A stretch of 63,790 nucleotides of DNA, the filler included, from Welwitschia mirabilis (taxonomy: Eukaryota), in NCBI GenBank assembly GCA_051453625.1. It is 7 parts of one record of this genome, joined end to end, with 100 filler letters (N's around TTAATTAATTAA, not from the genome) between each part and the next. Parts side by side here need not be neighbours in the genome. Positions count along the whole stretch, not along the records: positions 39,347 to 47,108 come from JBOZIK010000001.1; positions 47,209 to 54,214 come from JBOZIK010000001.1; 5 more parts are not named here. The stretch is one strand, 5' to 3'. The notes below the pieces were generated by a model that made no database searches, was not told the origin of the DNA, and saw nothing but the letters and a program-made list of their open reading frames with translations. Positions 39,247-52,505 of this stretch are shown here, piece after piece; the stretch's first letter is position 1, and each line of letters begins with the position of its first letter. Position numbers and translations under genes: made by a program.

Positions 39247-39346
39247 NNNNNNNNNNNNNNNNNNNNNNNNNNNNNNNNNNNNNNNNNNNNTTAATTAATT
39301 AANNNNNNNNNNNNNNNNNNNNNNNNNNNNNNNNNNNNNNNNNNNN
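39247..39346. other. Artificial scaffold spacer
   Basis: N44-TTAATTAATTAA-N44. Confidence 0.97.
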
Positions 39347-42300
39347 TATAAATACCCTTTCCTCATTTACTTCTAGGGCATCTTCTGTACTTGATATGCT
39401 TGTAATAGAAGCTTGAAGGTAGGAGGTCCTTCCAATAACCACAGAAAGGAGTTTCCTTAGTGTTAGGTTGTGTCTCTTCCATTAAGGAGCTATTATTCTA
39501 TTGTAAGTGGATATAAAGTTCTTTGATTAATATAATTAGTATTTTCACTCTAATTCTGTGAATGTCCCTTATGCTTTAAGTTAATCATAGTTAAGTGACA
39601 TTTCTATGATAGATTATAAGGGCAACCTTTGTTAAGGTTGACCTTGGTTAATAGTAGGTCTGCATTGCATTTTCATTTTATTTTATATTGTGTTTCATGT
39701 TTTACTTGATAGATCTTATAGTTGATATTAGTTAAGAACTAGTTAAATGCTCTTCTTAATTGATATGAATTATAGAGAAAGTAGTCTTTGTAATAGAAAG
39801 GCTAGAAGCTAATCCTTGTAATAGAAGGATTAGGATCTAAGTAGAATCTCATTTCATTTTCACTTTCATGCACTTGCATTTTATCTTCATTCATTTGCAT
39901 TGCATTTACTTTTAATTAGTAAAAGATAAAAGACCAAAACTGCCTTTGGAAATTAATTTTCTAACTCTGAGCATAGTGCCTTCATTGGGATTATGACATT
40001 CAGGTGAACCCCTATCTATACTAGTGTGTGTTTTTCTGCAAGTTATATGATTTATAGGTTTACCTAAAGAGCTTTAGGATTGCATAAATTTACACCACAA
40101 CATTTTGACACCATTATTGGGGAAGGCCGCAAGGAGCTAATAGGATTGTCATTAACTAGATAAGTACCTTGAATCTTTTTATTCAAGTTATTTATTTGAA
40201 TTAATGCTATATTTTTAGTGTTTTAAAGTAGATTTATTTTTGCAAAAAAAAATTTCTGTAACTTTATGAACTCTATCATTCTCTCTGTCATCTAGATGAC
40301 ATAGGGTATGACATGGAAATGCAATAAGGACAATAGTCTTAGTTTCTGTAATTTTCTTTTTGTAGTTTCTAAAGTTTTGTTATTTTTAGAGTTCGATTTT
40401 TCTGTGATTGTCATCCTTACGGTCATCCCCATGACCAGGTAGACGATAATCCATTGCATTTAATTCTAGTTTTTGTTTACTGTTTGTGCATGCAAGAATA
40501 TAAGGAATTCTGGGAGAAAGACGAAATATCAGCCAACAAGAAACTGAATTAACAGAAACATCAAGAATTATTTAACTTTAAATAAAAATCTAGGTACGCA
40601 TAACATAAGTACACAAATTTTGGAATTTCTTTCTTTTTTCCTATCTTAGAATTAGAGTTTATTTTCTCTGTATAGTTAATTTGCAATAATGATTTTACAT
40701 CTTTTGAGTGTTAAGAAATAGCAACCTCAAACGATAAACCATCTAAGAACCTTAATCTTCATTATGTACTTATCTTCCTTACCATTTTGAATCTAAACTC
40801 TCTTATTCTATTCTTCTTTCTTGTTTTAATGAATCATAATAGAAAAACTATTGTAGAACTTCTTTCTGAAAGGAGAAGAAACTTGCAAAATGATGAGGAC
40901 ATTGGTAAGAAAACACTTTGAGAAATCTTTGCTGAAAGAGGGAGAACATCATAAGATCATGTTGAAAAAAAGAATTGAGCCCCTTATTTTTTTCAACCTA
41001 CCTATTCTTTTCCCTCTTCTTTTCAAACCTCATATCAATATAATGATAAAGATTCACCATATTTTAGGGATTTTACCTCATTTAGACAAACCTCTTACGA
41101 TCATCTTTTTAAATCCCAATCATATTCCATACATTACTACCAAGAAAAACCAACTTCTATCAATTATTATAAAGAAGAAAAATATCCATTAAGAGACATG
41201 ATTTATGAAATGACGAAAAATCAAGAAAACACTAATAAAAACTTGGAGAAATTAGTTGAAAACTTGCAACAATCTCTTTTACATATTCAAATATCTTTTA
41301 CACAACATCCTCACAACTATTCTACTCCATCCTACATTGAGGAAAATGAAGAAAACTTAGAAATTACTGATGATGATGATTCTTGCTTCCAACTTGAAGA
41401 TGGATTTGTGAATCAAACTTCAACATCCTACTCATTAGGAGATAAGAAAAAAGGAGACAATAATAACACAACTCAACATTTTAATAATTGGAATGAAGAT
41501 GACCACTTATTAGATGATGATATTAAGATATTAGATTATATTCCTACCATTCATTTACTATTAGACAATCAAGATGAGGAATCCAAATTAAAAACCTTTC
41601 AATCAATGATAAAGATGATGCTCTTATTTCTCTTAATAATCTTTTTGATGAATTCAATTATTTGGAGAATGAAAGTAATCTTCACAAAAGAAGGAAGATA
41701 TAGTCACAAAAAATGGTGAGGAAAGTACAAAAAAAATCCAACAAAATAATAATATGGATACTAGTGGAGAAATTTAAAGCAATAAAGGACCCATAGAGAT
41801 TCATTCCAACTTCTTAGAGAATAGATTTATTCATTCTACCCATATTTCTACATTATTTCCATCTATACCTTCATGTTCAAAGCCAAATTACATCCGCCTC
41901 TCTACTCCTCCTTCCACTTCTATTTCTACCTTCACATTACCTCATAACCTTGATAATAATAATCTTTCTCCATCTCTTCCAATTACACCTTCATATAATT
42001 CTTAAGGTTATTTGTCTTATCTCTTAATCTCTTCTTTTTAAACATTCATGTGATCCTCAAAGTAACATCCATTCTTTTTCTACCAAGTTCACTATATCTT
42101 GTGCTTTTAGTAGTTATCTTTTCAAAAGTTTGACTTGGAATACCTTGGAATTTTACATTGGGGAAAGCATTATCTTTTTGATGATAATCTAGGCTTTTAT
42201 TTAAATCTTAAGGAGATTCTTCATCTTATGAAACATTCTCAAAAGCCCTTAAATATTTCTTAGATCCATTATATGAGTAGTATCTTGAATGAATTATATA

Positions 42301-45300
42301 ATGATACTCATAATTTACACTGTTTTCATAAGAGATTATTTGGCAATAAAATTTATTACTTTTTTATCTCTTATTTCAATTTTAAAAATTGTGCTATCAA
42401 AGTTTTATCATTTTACTTTTTCTATCTCCATTTGATTTTACTCTGAAATGGTTGGATACCCTTTATGTTTTATCAATTGGTTTCTATTTGGTTTAGCCCT
42501 TATTTTTCTGAAAAATATAATACTTGAGTGCACTTTTTACACAACTAGTTAAAGTTCTCAATGATTAGGTTCTTATCTTTCAGAAAAAGTACATTTTAAA
42601 TGATTCTATTAAAACTTCCAACTTGAACACTTGGGAAATTCATAAGTTAATGGATAAAAGGTTCAAGAATGATTGAAATATTTATTGATTAATCTTGAAT
42701 ATGATAGAAGCACTTGTGTTAGAATTTTTTCCTGTCATTATCAAAATTCTTCTTTAGCTGATTTCTTTGGTAAACATCATGCTATTACTTGAACATCTTT
42801 AACTTGACTATGTTTTACTTTATGAAATTACCATTATTAGTAAATATTTTACTTGGGAATTTTCAATGATAAGATTGGTTTCACCCAGTCTTCAGACATT
42901 CATATGTCTATGAACTTCATTTTGAAGGAAGATATCTTGCTTCTTTTATTTTCTTTTAATGGTATGAGTAATCAGTTGTTTTAGCATGTTCTTCCTTATT
43001 ATTTATCTCCTTACTTCACTTTTATCCTTTTGATTATTTCATCATGTGAATTTATGTATCAAAAAAAAGGAAAAAAAAGAAAGAAAGCAAGAAAAAAATA
43101 ATCCAGGCCATGTCCTTTCATGTTATATCTTAAAATATGGTCCTCATGATGTCCTATCACAAGCACACCAAGGAAAATATTCCCGAGAGGGGCCTTTAGC
43201 AGTGTGATATGATAGCTGTGGAAACTCCACTGGGAGGTCAGTTGGCCATGCTATCTGGGTCCTTACTCCTCTGATAGTGGTTGCACTCCCCTCATCATAG
43301 TAAGAATAAAATTGCAGTTAGAGACTATGAGATCAGTGGTTTCCCTGGTGTCATCAGAGGCATTGCTTGTTTTCTAGACTCATTTTTCTTTATTTATAGT
43401 ACTTCCACATGATTACTTTACTTTTTTGGATTCTAGTGTTGTTTTGAGATGCTAGCTTATAAGTTCCTATTTTAACAAATTTTTATTTTATCATTCATTG
43501 TTTGATAACATTATACATACTTGACATTGTCATTATCATTGTTCATTCAAGTGGAACTTTATGAATTTTTATATTATGTCATGCATTCTTATCAGGTAAT
43601 TTTATGATTTCTTACAAGAGACTTTGTTAAGGATTAATTTTGAGTAGGTAAGTAAATCTTCTTTATGTTCCTAGTTGTCCATTTTTCCTTATTTTTTTCT
43701 CCTAATTATTTTGTTTGAAATTTTTCAAATTCATTACAGTATCTTTTTCTACATCATCATTAGAACCTGATTATTTGGTAGCTTTCTAGTTGTTTTTTTA
43801 TTTTCACTCATAGGTTTTTATTATAAGGGCTATTTTTCTTTTCCACATTCTCAATTGATGCATTTCTTTCACCTTGATTGATGTGATCTTTTTGTGCTAA
43901 TGTTTTTGTTGTGTGGTTTTGTGGTTTTTTATTCATTCACTTACAGATTTTCTGACACTCATGGATTCTAGACCACATTGGAGGAATACTTATGAGCATC
44001 TCTTTCTATATTTAATGCATGATTATGATCTCATTAGTTTCTTTCTCCATGATTCTATTTTTAAAAATAAAATTCTTCATATTTTTCTTCCTTCTATTTT
44101 TTCTGTTGTGTTTCCAATACTTGCTTTTTATCAAAGTTTTCTAGAATTTTCTTCTAATTGATCCAAACAAGTTATTTTACAAACTGTCATCTCGGTATGT
44201 TATCTACATGACTGAGGGGACGACAGTCATCCTTTTTCCTTTGTGTAATCTAAGACATCTTGATTTTCTTATTGGAGGAGCAAGATAGCTCTCTAAGCTT
44301 TCTTCTGAAATATTACAGCAAACATCTATCATTTTCAAGGATTACTTTGAGCTTATATGATACATATTTCTGATGATTTGTTTGGACATGATTGCATGTT
44401 ACTTGAATACATTTCATGGAATTTATTTAGCAGGATCAAGTAGCATACTCTAATTTTTTAAAGCTATGTTTTTTATCATTTAAAGAATGCCATGATTAGT
44501 CCTGTACTTTACCCTTGTAGAAAACATTAATGAGCTTTTCATGCATTATTCTTTGAGATTATTATTACTTAAGATTACATATCAATTTCAGCATTATGTC
44601 TACACATTATTATTTTTTAGAACTATCACTCTAACTTGTTATATGTATGATATTTATTTGAACTATTATGATGAGTTTAAGTAGGGGGATTATAACTAGA
44701 ACAGTAATTGTATTCATAAATTGTTATTATCTATTCCTGTATGATAAATAGAACTCAAATTCCATTTCTTTAGTTGATGATTATCTTAGTCAAATTGGCT
44801 CACAATTTAGTTGATCGCCTACTTGTCAGGTACTGACAAGGATAAGTATGGGGCTATATTGTGATGCCAATTTGTAAGAATTTGATGGTGTATTTAGAGT
44901 AATTTTATAGGACATTTATATAGGTTTAGATGTAATTCTGCTAATTATGGAGAGACGACAAGATGATCATAAAAATATGTAATTCTTGGCATAATTAGAG
45001 GCATTTCAAGAATGTTCTGATACTTAGCATATTGAAGGAGAACTAAAGGTAAAGAAAACCAATTTATGCTACTTGAGGAGCTTAGGAAGAGTGTCGTCTC
45101 CACAGCTCATTACGATAGTTATACAAGAATGGCACATAAGCAACACTTGGACAGTAGTACATGGTGATAGGGAATTATCCCTTAGGTCGTCTAGATGATA
45201 TGACATGCATGAGAAACCCACGAGAGCACATGGTAATCCATGAGAGTACATGGCACACAACTCAAGGTGTTAAGGCGGCAGCGTCCCCTATGTCATGTGG

Positions 45301-46379
45301 ATGATAGATAGAACAAAACTTATTTTTACACTATGGCAGTAAATTTCATTGTAAAAAGTGTCAAACGGGCCATGTGGGTGGCTAGGATTTCCTTAACAAA
45401 TGTCTAGAGTTATGGTTCCTTGTAAAACTATAAATACCCTTTCTTTCTTCAATTTCAAACCATCTTTTGTACTTTATATGCTTGTAACGGAAGCTTGAAG
45501 GTAGGAGGTTCATCCAATAGATGCAGAAAGGGGTTTCCTTGGTGTTAGGTTGTTTCTTCCATTGAGAATCTGTTATTCTACTATAAGTGGATATAAAGTT
45601 CTTTTCATTAATACAAATACTCTTTTCATTCCAATTCTGTGAATGTCCCTTATGGTTTAAGTTGATCTTAGTTAGTGACAAGCTTGGATTTATTTAGATC
45701 ATGAGGGTAACCTTNNNNNNNNNNNNNNNNNNNNNNNNNNNNNNNNNNNNNNNNNNNNNNNNNNNNNNNNNNNNNNNNNNNNNNNNNNNNNNNNNNNNNN
45801 NNNNNNNNNNNNNNAATTCTATGAATGTCCCTTATGGTTTAAGTTGATCATAGTTAAGTGACAGTTCTATGATTTATTTAGATCATGAGGGCAACCTTTA
45901 TTAAGGTTGACCTTGGTTAATAGTAGGTCTACATTGCATTTCCATTTCATTTTATATTATATTTCATGTTCTACTTGGTAGATCTTATAGTTAATATTAG
46001 TTAAGAACTAGTTAAATGATCTTTTTAATTGATATGAATTATAGAGAAAGTAGTCTTTGTGATAGAAAGGCTAGAATCTAGTCCTTGTGATGGAAGGATT
46101 AGGATCTAAGTAGAATATCATTTCATTTCCACTTTCATGCACTTTCATTTTATCTGTATTTATTTGCATTGCATATACTTTATTATTTACTTTTAGTTAG
46201 TAAAAGATAAAAGACCAAAATTGCCTTTGAAAATTAATTCTCTAACTCTGAGCCTAATGCCTTTGTTAGGATTACAACATTTGGATGAACTTCCATCTAT
46301 ACTAGCATGTGTTTTTCTGCAAGTTATATGATTTATAGGTTTACCTAAAGAGTTTCAAGATTGCATAAATCACACCACA
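39347..46379 (+). mobile_element. Non-autonomous Athila-type LTR element (no PR/RT/RH), both LTRs present
   Basis: Partial 5' LTR 39347-40099 matches the 3' LTR 44860-46379 (TGTGATG...CACCACA). Decayed tRNA-Asp PBS TTTGACACCATTATTGGGGA at ~40104. Hairpin CTTGTCAG-gta-CTGACAAG and a purine tract precede the 3' LTR. Integrase tail remnant at ~42620-42720. Confidence 0.85.
40829..42528 (+). pseudogene. Truncated gag-derived ORF with acidic/Pro-Ser linker and hydrophobic C-terminus, decayed
   Basis: PLRDMIYEMTKNQENTNKNLEKLVENLQQSLL resembles DPLRNSIEELRKNQ*KINANIENLVSLLQQTML in the autonomous gag at ~57845. The downstream part is shared with 54315-55510 on the minus strand. Confidence 0.55.
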
Positions 46380-47108
46380 AAGTTTTGTTAGCCCTTAACA
46401 AAGTAGGTGAACAAATACAATTGTAAGCCATATTGACTAAGGTAAACATTAACTAGGAATAAGTAAATCAAGTTTAGAAATCTCATAATGCAAGATCAAA
46501 TCTCAAAGTTTAATAAACTAAATGTTTTAGTATAGTAGATATTATACCCATTCTATCATCCTATGTGTCTCTAAATGATTATGGGAATGATAGAATTTTA
46601 AAAATCAAACTACAAAATCAAATGCCTATAATTATGCTTATTAGAAAACAAGATCAAAACATTACCAGTGCATTAGCCCCCCACTTAAAACATTTATTAC
46701 ATCAAAGAAATAGATATTAAATATCATAACAAAAATAATCATCATAAGATATGACCATAATAATGTGCATGTATAATTAGAAAAAGTAGTAACTCAAGAA
46801 TCATATCCATAAATTAAAACATTAAGTTTTTAAGCATAATTCACAAGGGTAAATACATCAAAAATAATCATAACATTATGCCCTTATCCATGGTTTCCTA
46901 AATTATTTGGACCATTCCTATAAGAAAAACCTGCATTTATTCTTCTACTAAGTACATGGTTTACTAAACAATACCCATAATGCATATCACTCAAATAATA
47001 GGCAATTATAATCAAACTAATACATTACAGATATGTATTGTGAAAATTTAAAAATATCCCTCAAAATTTCTGCTAAACATTATTTCACAAGGATCTTAAA
47101 AGTATGTT

Positions 47109-47208
47109 NNNNNNNNNNNNNNNNNNNNNNNNNNNNNNNNNNNNNNNNNNNNTTAATTAATTAANNNNNNNNNNNNNNNNNNNNNNNNNNNNNNNNNNNN
47201 NNNNNNNN
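47109..47208. other. Artificial scaffold spacer
   Basis: N44-TTAATTAATTAA-N44. Confidence 0.97.
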
Positions 47209-48534
47209 AGTGCAAGATCTCCAAAAGGTGTTTCCTCTTCGTTGGATAAACAAGACTAATTTCATTTCCATTCTTTTTTTTTTTTTAATCTTTTTGTCAT
47301 TTTGTCTTGTTAATGATGTCAAAGGGGGAGTCAGTGAGTACATCTGCCTGCTCTACTGATAACCCACACAACATGGTCATACAATGACTGTTAGATAGCA
47401 GTCTATGTTCCTTTTGAACTATCCTATGCTGTTATGGAAAATTATGTACTCTGTGACATGAAATGTGATGTAACTGTTCATGAATACTTTCTTTGAATGC
47501 ATACATTAGAGGGGAGCTTGTGTTTCATATCTTTTTAAATTTCTGCCATCAATGACAAAGGGGGAGATTGTTCGAAATCTCTTGTCATTAATGTCCCAGG
47601 CGGAACAAATTGTTTTGGTACTTTTCTAACCTCTTCCAAATAAAAACCAGCTGTAGGTGACCGACATGTTCCGAAGGGTGACTGGATTCAAAAATGATAA
47701 AAGCATGTCTGTAAACTGCATTTCATGAGGGCGACTGAAATTTTTCACAGGAAGACCAAGCTTGGAGCAAAAAATCTGTATAGTGGTAAACAGATTCTCC
47801 TCATGTCAACCAAACACTTTCTCAGGTCAACTAGACTTTTAATTTTAAAAAGGAGTATATTATTTGTGAGGGCGAATGAGTACCTTGTGAGTTCTACCGA
47901 GATATTAGCCGTTGTGATTTCAGTTGAACGTTAGCGCACTTCACGCACATCAAAGCAAATCTAGGAATTGAAGATCATTCACAGAGGACAATAACTAGTC
48001 ACAAAGGTCCCAGCAACATAAGTTATCAAGTTTATCATCAAAGACTATCTTTTTTTGGTACTCCTCATTAGAAAAAACTAAAAAGGGTGATTCACTGAAA
48101 AATTTTCATAAACTCTGAACTACTTCTGTCAGCATGTAATACCTCAGAGGGCATCTTCAGATTACTGTCACATTCAACTATCAAGAGCTTTCTTCTAAAC
48201 TATATTCTGGAGTGTACCAGTGCAACTGTGCACATGCACACTCAACTTCTGTACTCCTATAAGGTGCTGCGAATATAACCTGAAATCCATTGAAAGTTGT
48301 AAGGTTGATGGTGAACCTGAAAACCATTGATTTGGAATAATGGATTCCAACTGAAGACACTCTCTGGTAGCTAAGGAGTGGTCGCTCACCCCTATTAAAA
48401 ATTTGTCTTTTTACTTTTTTGATTTTTGTATATGCGCAAATCCTTAACACTCTATTTGATTTGATTTGATCTTTTAAGTTACCCTATTCACACCCCCCCT
48501 CCCCCGCCCCCTCTAGGGTTGATCCTTTCTTACA
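47209..48534 (+). mobile_element. 3' end of a second Sirevirus family: multiple PPTs and 3' LTR 47569-48534
   Basis: AAAGGGGGAG tracts at ~47320 and ~47557, plus AGGGGAG at ~47510. LTR runs TGTTCG...CTATTCACACCCCCCC...CTCTAGGG...TTACA. Confidence 0.85.
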
Positions 48535-48911
48535 GCTACCTCTTCATCCAATTTGTCTCCACGTCTTAGGATCAACTTGCTCTAACAATACTTGTCTAAT
48601 TTTAATCCCAAATGCATTTCAAACATCAGAAAAGAATAGTGTCATTATTCTTCCTATGTTTCGTCTGATGAAAGAATGAAACCTAACGCTATTTAATGAT
48701 TACAATCTTTTATTATTACATCCTTTCATAATACAATATTATGTTTAACCAGTAAGTACAGATATTAACTGCATACGTGCATTTTATAAATAACAAACTT
48801 TGTTTGCCAGACATGTCAAATAAAAAACTAAACATTTATTGAACAGACTGTTCCCTATAAAAAGGCTAACTTTATTTGGTAAACATAAACTAGGCAATGC
48901 AAAGGTCCATA

Positions 48912-51160
48912 CGTAGGTTCCCATTTGGCCAAGAAAACCAGTGAAGCCTACAAGTCTATTACAGTATCCATGAATCTCATTCTTAAAATGTATAAAACCT
49001 GCCATTCATAGGAGCTATTCACCATAACCTGCTTAGTATTAAAAAGAAAACTACAAATTAAGTATAAGGCTTGAAGAGTTTGTTACAAGCGAACACTCTT
49101 GTTAGGTGCTTCATTAATGTTTGTGCAGGGTTTGTTGTTGCAACTGATACTAGAACCATTGTTGGGAGTATTTCTTGTAGTAGTGCAACATCTAAAAAAG
49201 CAGATGTGTATTATCCTTCTGTGTAGATGGTGGACTGCTATGTTGTGCAACATTCTCTTCTCAAGAACACTCTTTTATCCTTCTCATTTTCTGTGTGAAG
49301 GTTTTCCATATTTTCCAACTGTTCCTTCATATGATTTGTGATAATTTATATGTTTTAGTAATTTTGTTCTTTTTCTCACCTTTCAGCTGTAATGTCAGTA
49401 CCTTCCCTGTTGGTTTCCCTCATTTGTTCTAGCTAAGACTTTTCCATGTTCTTCCTACTTATCTAGCTCTTCTTATGCTTTGGAGTATCTCTATCCAAAG
49501 TTACAGTTCTTGACTGGACTATAAATTCATTATCAGTGGAATCTGAGTGATCATCAGAGGCCTATTGTGCCTCTCTCCCTCATTCTTGTTGGATAACTTC
49601 TTCAAAAGGCACTTCTATTATGCCTGAACAGGTCGTACTTGTGTTTAAGGGCTTTAAATTTTGCCTTCCTTGGTTTCCTCACTGTTCAGGAGCTGGCAAT
49701 AATTGCTGGATTAAAAAGAATTATTTGGTATTTTTTGCAAATGAGGATGATACTTCAATTGGTTGAAGACAATTTTTATTTATCTTCTAGGATTTTTTCC
49801 CCTGCTAATATTCTTGTATTTCTAGATGTCAGAATCTTTCAAACTTTCACATCATGAAATTGATTTTCATCTCATGCCATTTTACCATGGCAAAGCTCTC
49901 TCTGCGCGTGACATTCAACTTGTTTCAATAAATCTCTCTTTTCACCAAGACGACCAACGTGCAGAAGGCTGTATATCCCTTGCCCAGACGAAAACTGTGC
50001 AGAGGGTGATATATCCCTTGCCAAAGAAAACTGTGTGGAGGGCAGTGGATCCTGATATATAACCATCAAGAAGAAGAAAACTCATAAAAGAAGTAAGGAC
50101 ATTATTGTTATGAAATACACAAATGCAAAGTGATTAAACAATGCAGCAAGAGAAAACAGAGACAATGATTTACGTGGAAAACCCCAATGAGGAGAAAAAC
50201 CACAAGAAAGCAATACACAGCTCTATTGTTTTCTTCAGAAATTATAAGCCAAAAACAGCCTTTACACAAGGAGGCCTCTCAGAAATCTATGATCCAAACC
50301 CCCCTCACACCACCTTTAAATAGGCCAAGGGTTACAGTTATTTAGAGCTACGAGCCAAAACCCTAAAAAAGGTATCATCCTTCTCTTGACACGTGTTCCT
50401 TTACTATCTAACGCCCCCAAGGACAGTTTTGTAATACAAACGTCCTTTTACAATGTTAAAATGGGGCCAATGTAAAAACATAACGCTAAGCAGATTACAA
50501 AGGAATAAATTTGGCTTCACATATCAACAATTATAAGCAGAAATAATGAGAGCCACCAAAAGGAGAGAAGCATTCAAGAGGAAGAAGAGGCATAAGCCTT
50601 TGTGAAGGTGACCATAGGGGTGAAGGTTAAGACCTCGTGAAGGCCCCATAGTCAATCTATCGAAGTTATTCATCTCACTATGAATAGGTGACCCAAGGTA
50701 GAAGCCTCCACCTATCCTTAGAAGAAGAAGGAAGATTGCAAGGGCACTCTTGAAGAGTGTGATCTCGACCCATCTTTGATCCAAAAAGGAAATGACTTGC
50801 CTCAAAAGAGACTTTCTGATATCCAATCATATCACCTGTAATTTACTGTCAATGAACTCATTATTCATTATAAAATTTATTGTTTACTTACTTGAAACAC
50901 TTAACAATGAAGTTTATTACTGTGGTAGATTAGGCCTAACACATCAAAAGAATCAAATCTGATTCTTACATTTAAATCATGCTAAGTTTGGAAGTGAACT
51001 TTGGCACTGTCATGAGACTCACTGGATCCAGGTTTCTGATCCTACAGAAGTATTTTCTATCAAGATTCACCAAGCATGAGTCTGGGCAGAAAAATCACAA
51101 GTCTCTAGTGAAACTTGCCCGACTAATGAGTCTTGGCAACTCAGGTGAGTCTGCATGGGT
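48912..51160 (-). pseudogene. Possible decayed multi-exon host gene of unknown product
   Basis: Pyrimidine-tract/AG acceptors at ~51160, 50836, 50051, 49027 and 48946, GT donors at ~50971, 48997 and 48911, and a long charged low-complexity exon with several stops. No family was recognised. Confidence 0.35.
50106..50529 (-). mobile_element. Copia-type solo LTR with 5-bp TSD ATTAT
   Basis: TGTTA...TCAACA termini, ATTAT on both sides (50101-50105, 50530-50534), copia-LTR-like GATTTACGTGGAAAACCC...AAAAACCAC. Confidence 0.85.
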
Positions 51161-52505
51161 AAGCAGGAAACAAAAAGGGGAAAAAACGTTTTTTGGACCC
51201 AAAAATGGGTCCCATCTGTCTAAAACCTACAACATTACAAAAAGAGCCCCTTCGAACTCGCTTCTCACTGAACTTTGCTCCAAATAAAAGATTGTGTGGT
51301 TCTTGAAGTTCATTGCAGCAGCAGTTTAGAAGCGAGTTTTCTTTCAAAATCATTTGTCTTTCATATTGCAATTGTTTCCAGCTCATCAAACAACGATAAT
51401 ACACTGGTAAGAACATATATTTGCTGCTATTTGCAAATTTTTTATGCTTTTCTTCATCTAGACTGAAAATGTTTTCATCTTTTCAAGCTTCTTTTGCAAA
51501 AATTTGCTTTGCTCGACTCATATGGCAGTAAGCTTTGGGATTTCAAATATTGGCATGAAATCAAATAGCACTAGAGGACCTGCTACACATCAAAAGTCTT
51601 CAACTTTTCAAAACCCNNNNNNNNNNNNNNNNNNNNNNNNNNNNNNNNNNNNNNNNNNNNNNNNNNNNNNNNNNNNNNNNNNNNNNNNNNNNNNNNNNNN
51701 NNNNNNNNNNNNNNNNNNNNNNNNNNNNNNNNNNNNNNNNNNNNNNNNNNNNNNNNNNNNNNNNNNNNNNNNNNNNNNNNNNNNNNNNNNNNNNNNNNNN
51801 NNNNNNNNNNNNNNNNNNNNNNNNNNNNNNNNNNNNNNNNNNNNNNNNNNNNNNNNNNNNNNNNNNNNNNNNNNNNNNNNNNNNNNNNNNNNNNNNNNNN
51901 NNNNNNNNNNNNNNNNNNNNNNNNNNNNNNNNNNNNNNNNNNNNNNNNNNNNNNNNNNNNNNNNNNNNNNNNNNNNNNNNNNNNNNNNNNNNNNNNNNNN
52001 NNNNNNNNNNNNNNNNNNNNNNNNNNNNNNNNNNNNNNNNNNNNNNNNNNNNNNNNNNNNNNNNNNNNNNNNNNNNNNNNNNNNNNNNNNNNNNNNNNNN
52101 NNNNNNNNNNNNNNNNNNNNNNNNNNNNNNNNNNNNNNNNNNNNNNNNNNNNNNNNNNNNNNNNNNNNNNNNNNNNNNNNNNNNNNNNNNNNNNNNNNNN
52201 NNNNNNNNNNNNNNNNNNNNNNNNNNNNNNNNNNNNNNNNNNNNNNNNNNNNNNNNNNNNNNNNNNNNNNNNNNNNNNNNNNNNNNNNNNNNNNNNNNNN
52301 NNNNNNNNNNNNNNNNNNNNNNNNNNNNNNNNNNNNNNNNNNNNNNNNNNNNNNNNNNNNNNNNNNNNNNNNNNNNNNNNNNNNNNNNNNNNNNNNNNNN
52401 NNNNNNNNNNNNNNNNNNNNNNNNNNNNNNNNNNNNNNNNNNNNNNNNNNNNNNNNNNNNNNNNNNNNNNNNNNNNNNNNNNNNATCACCCAAAGACTGG
52501 AGTCC

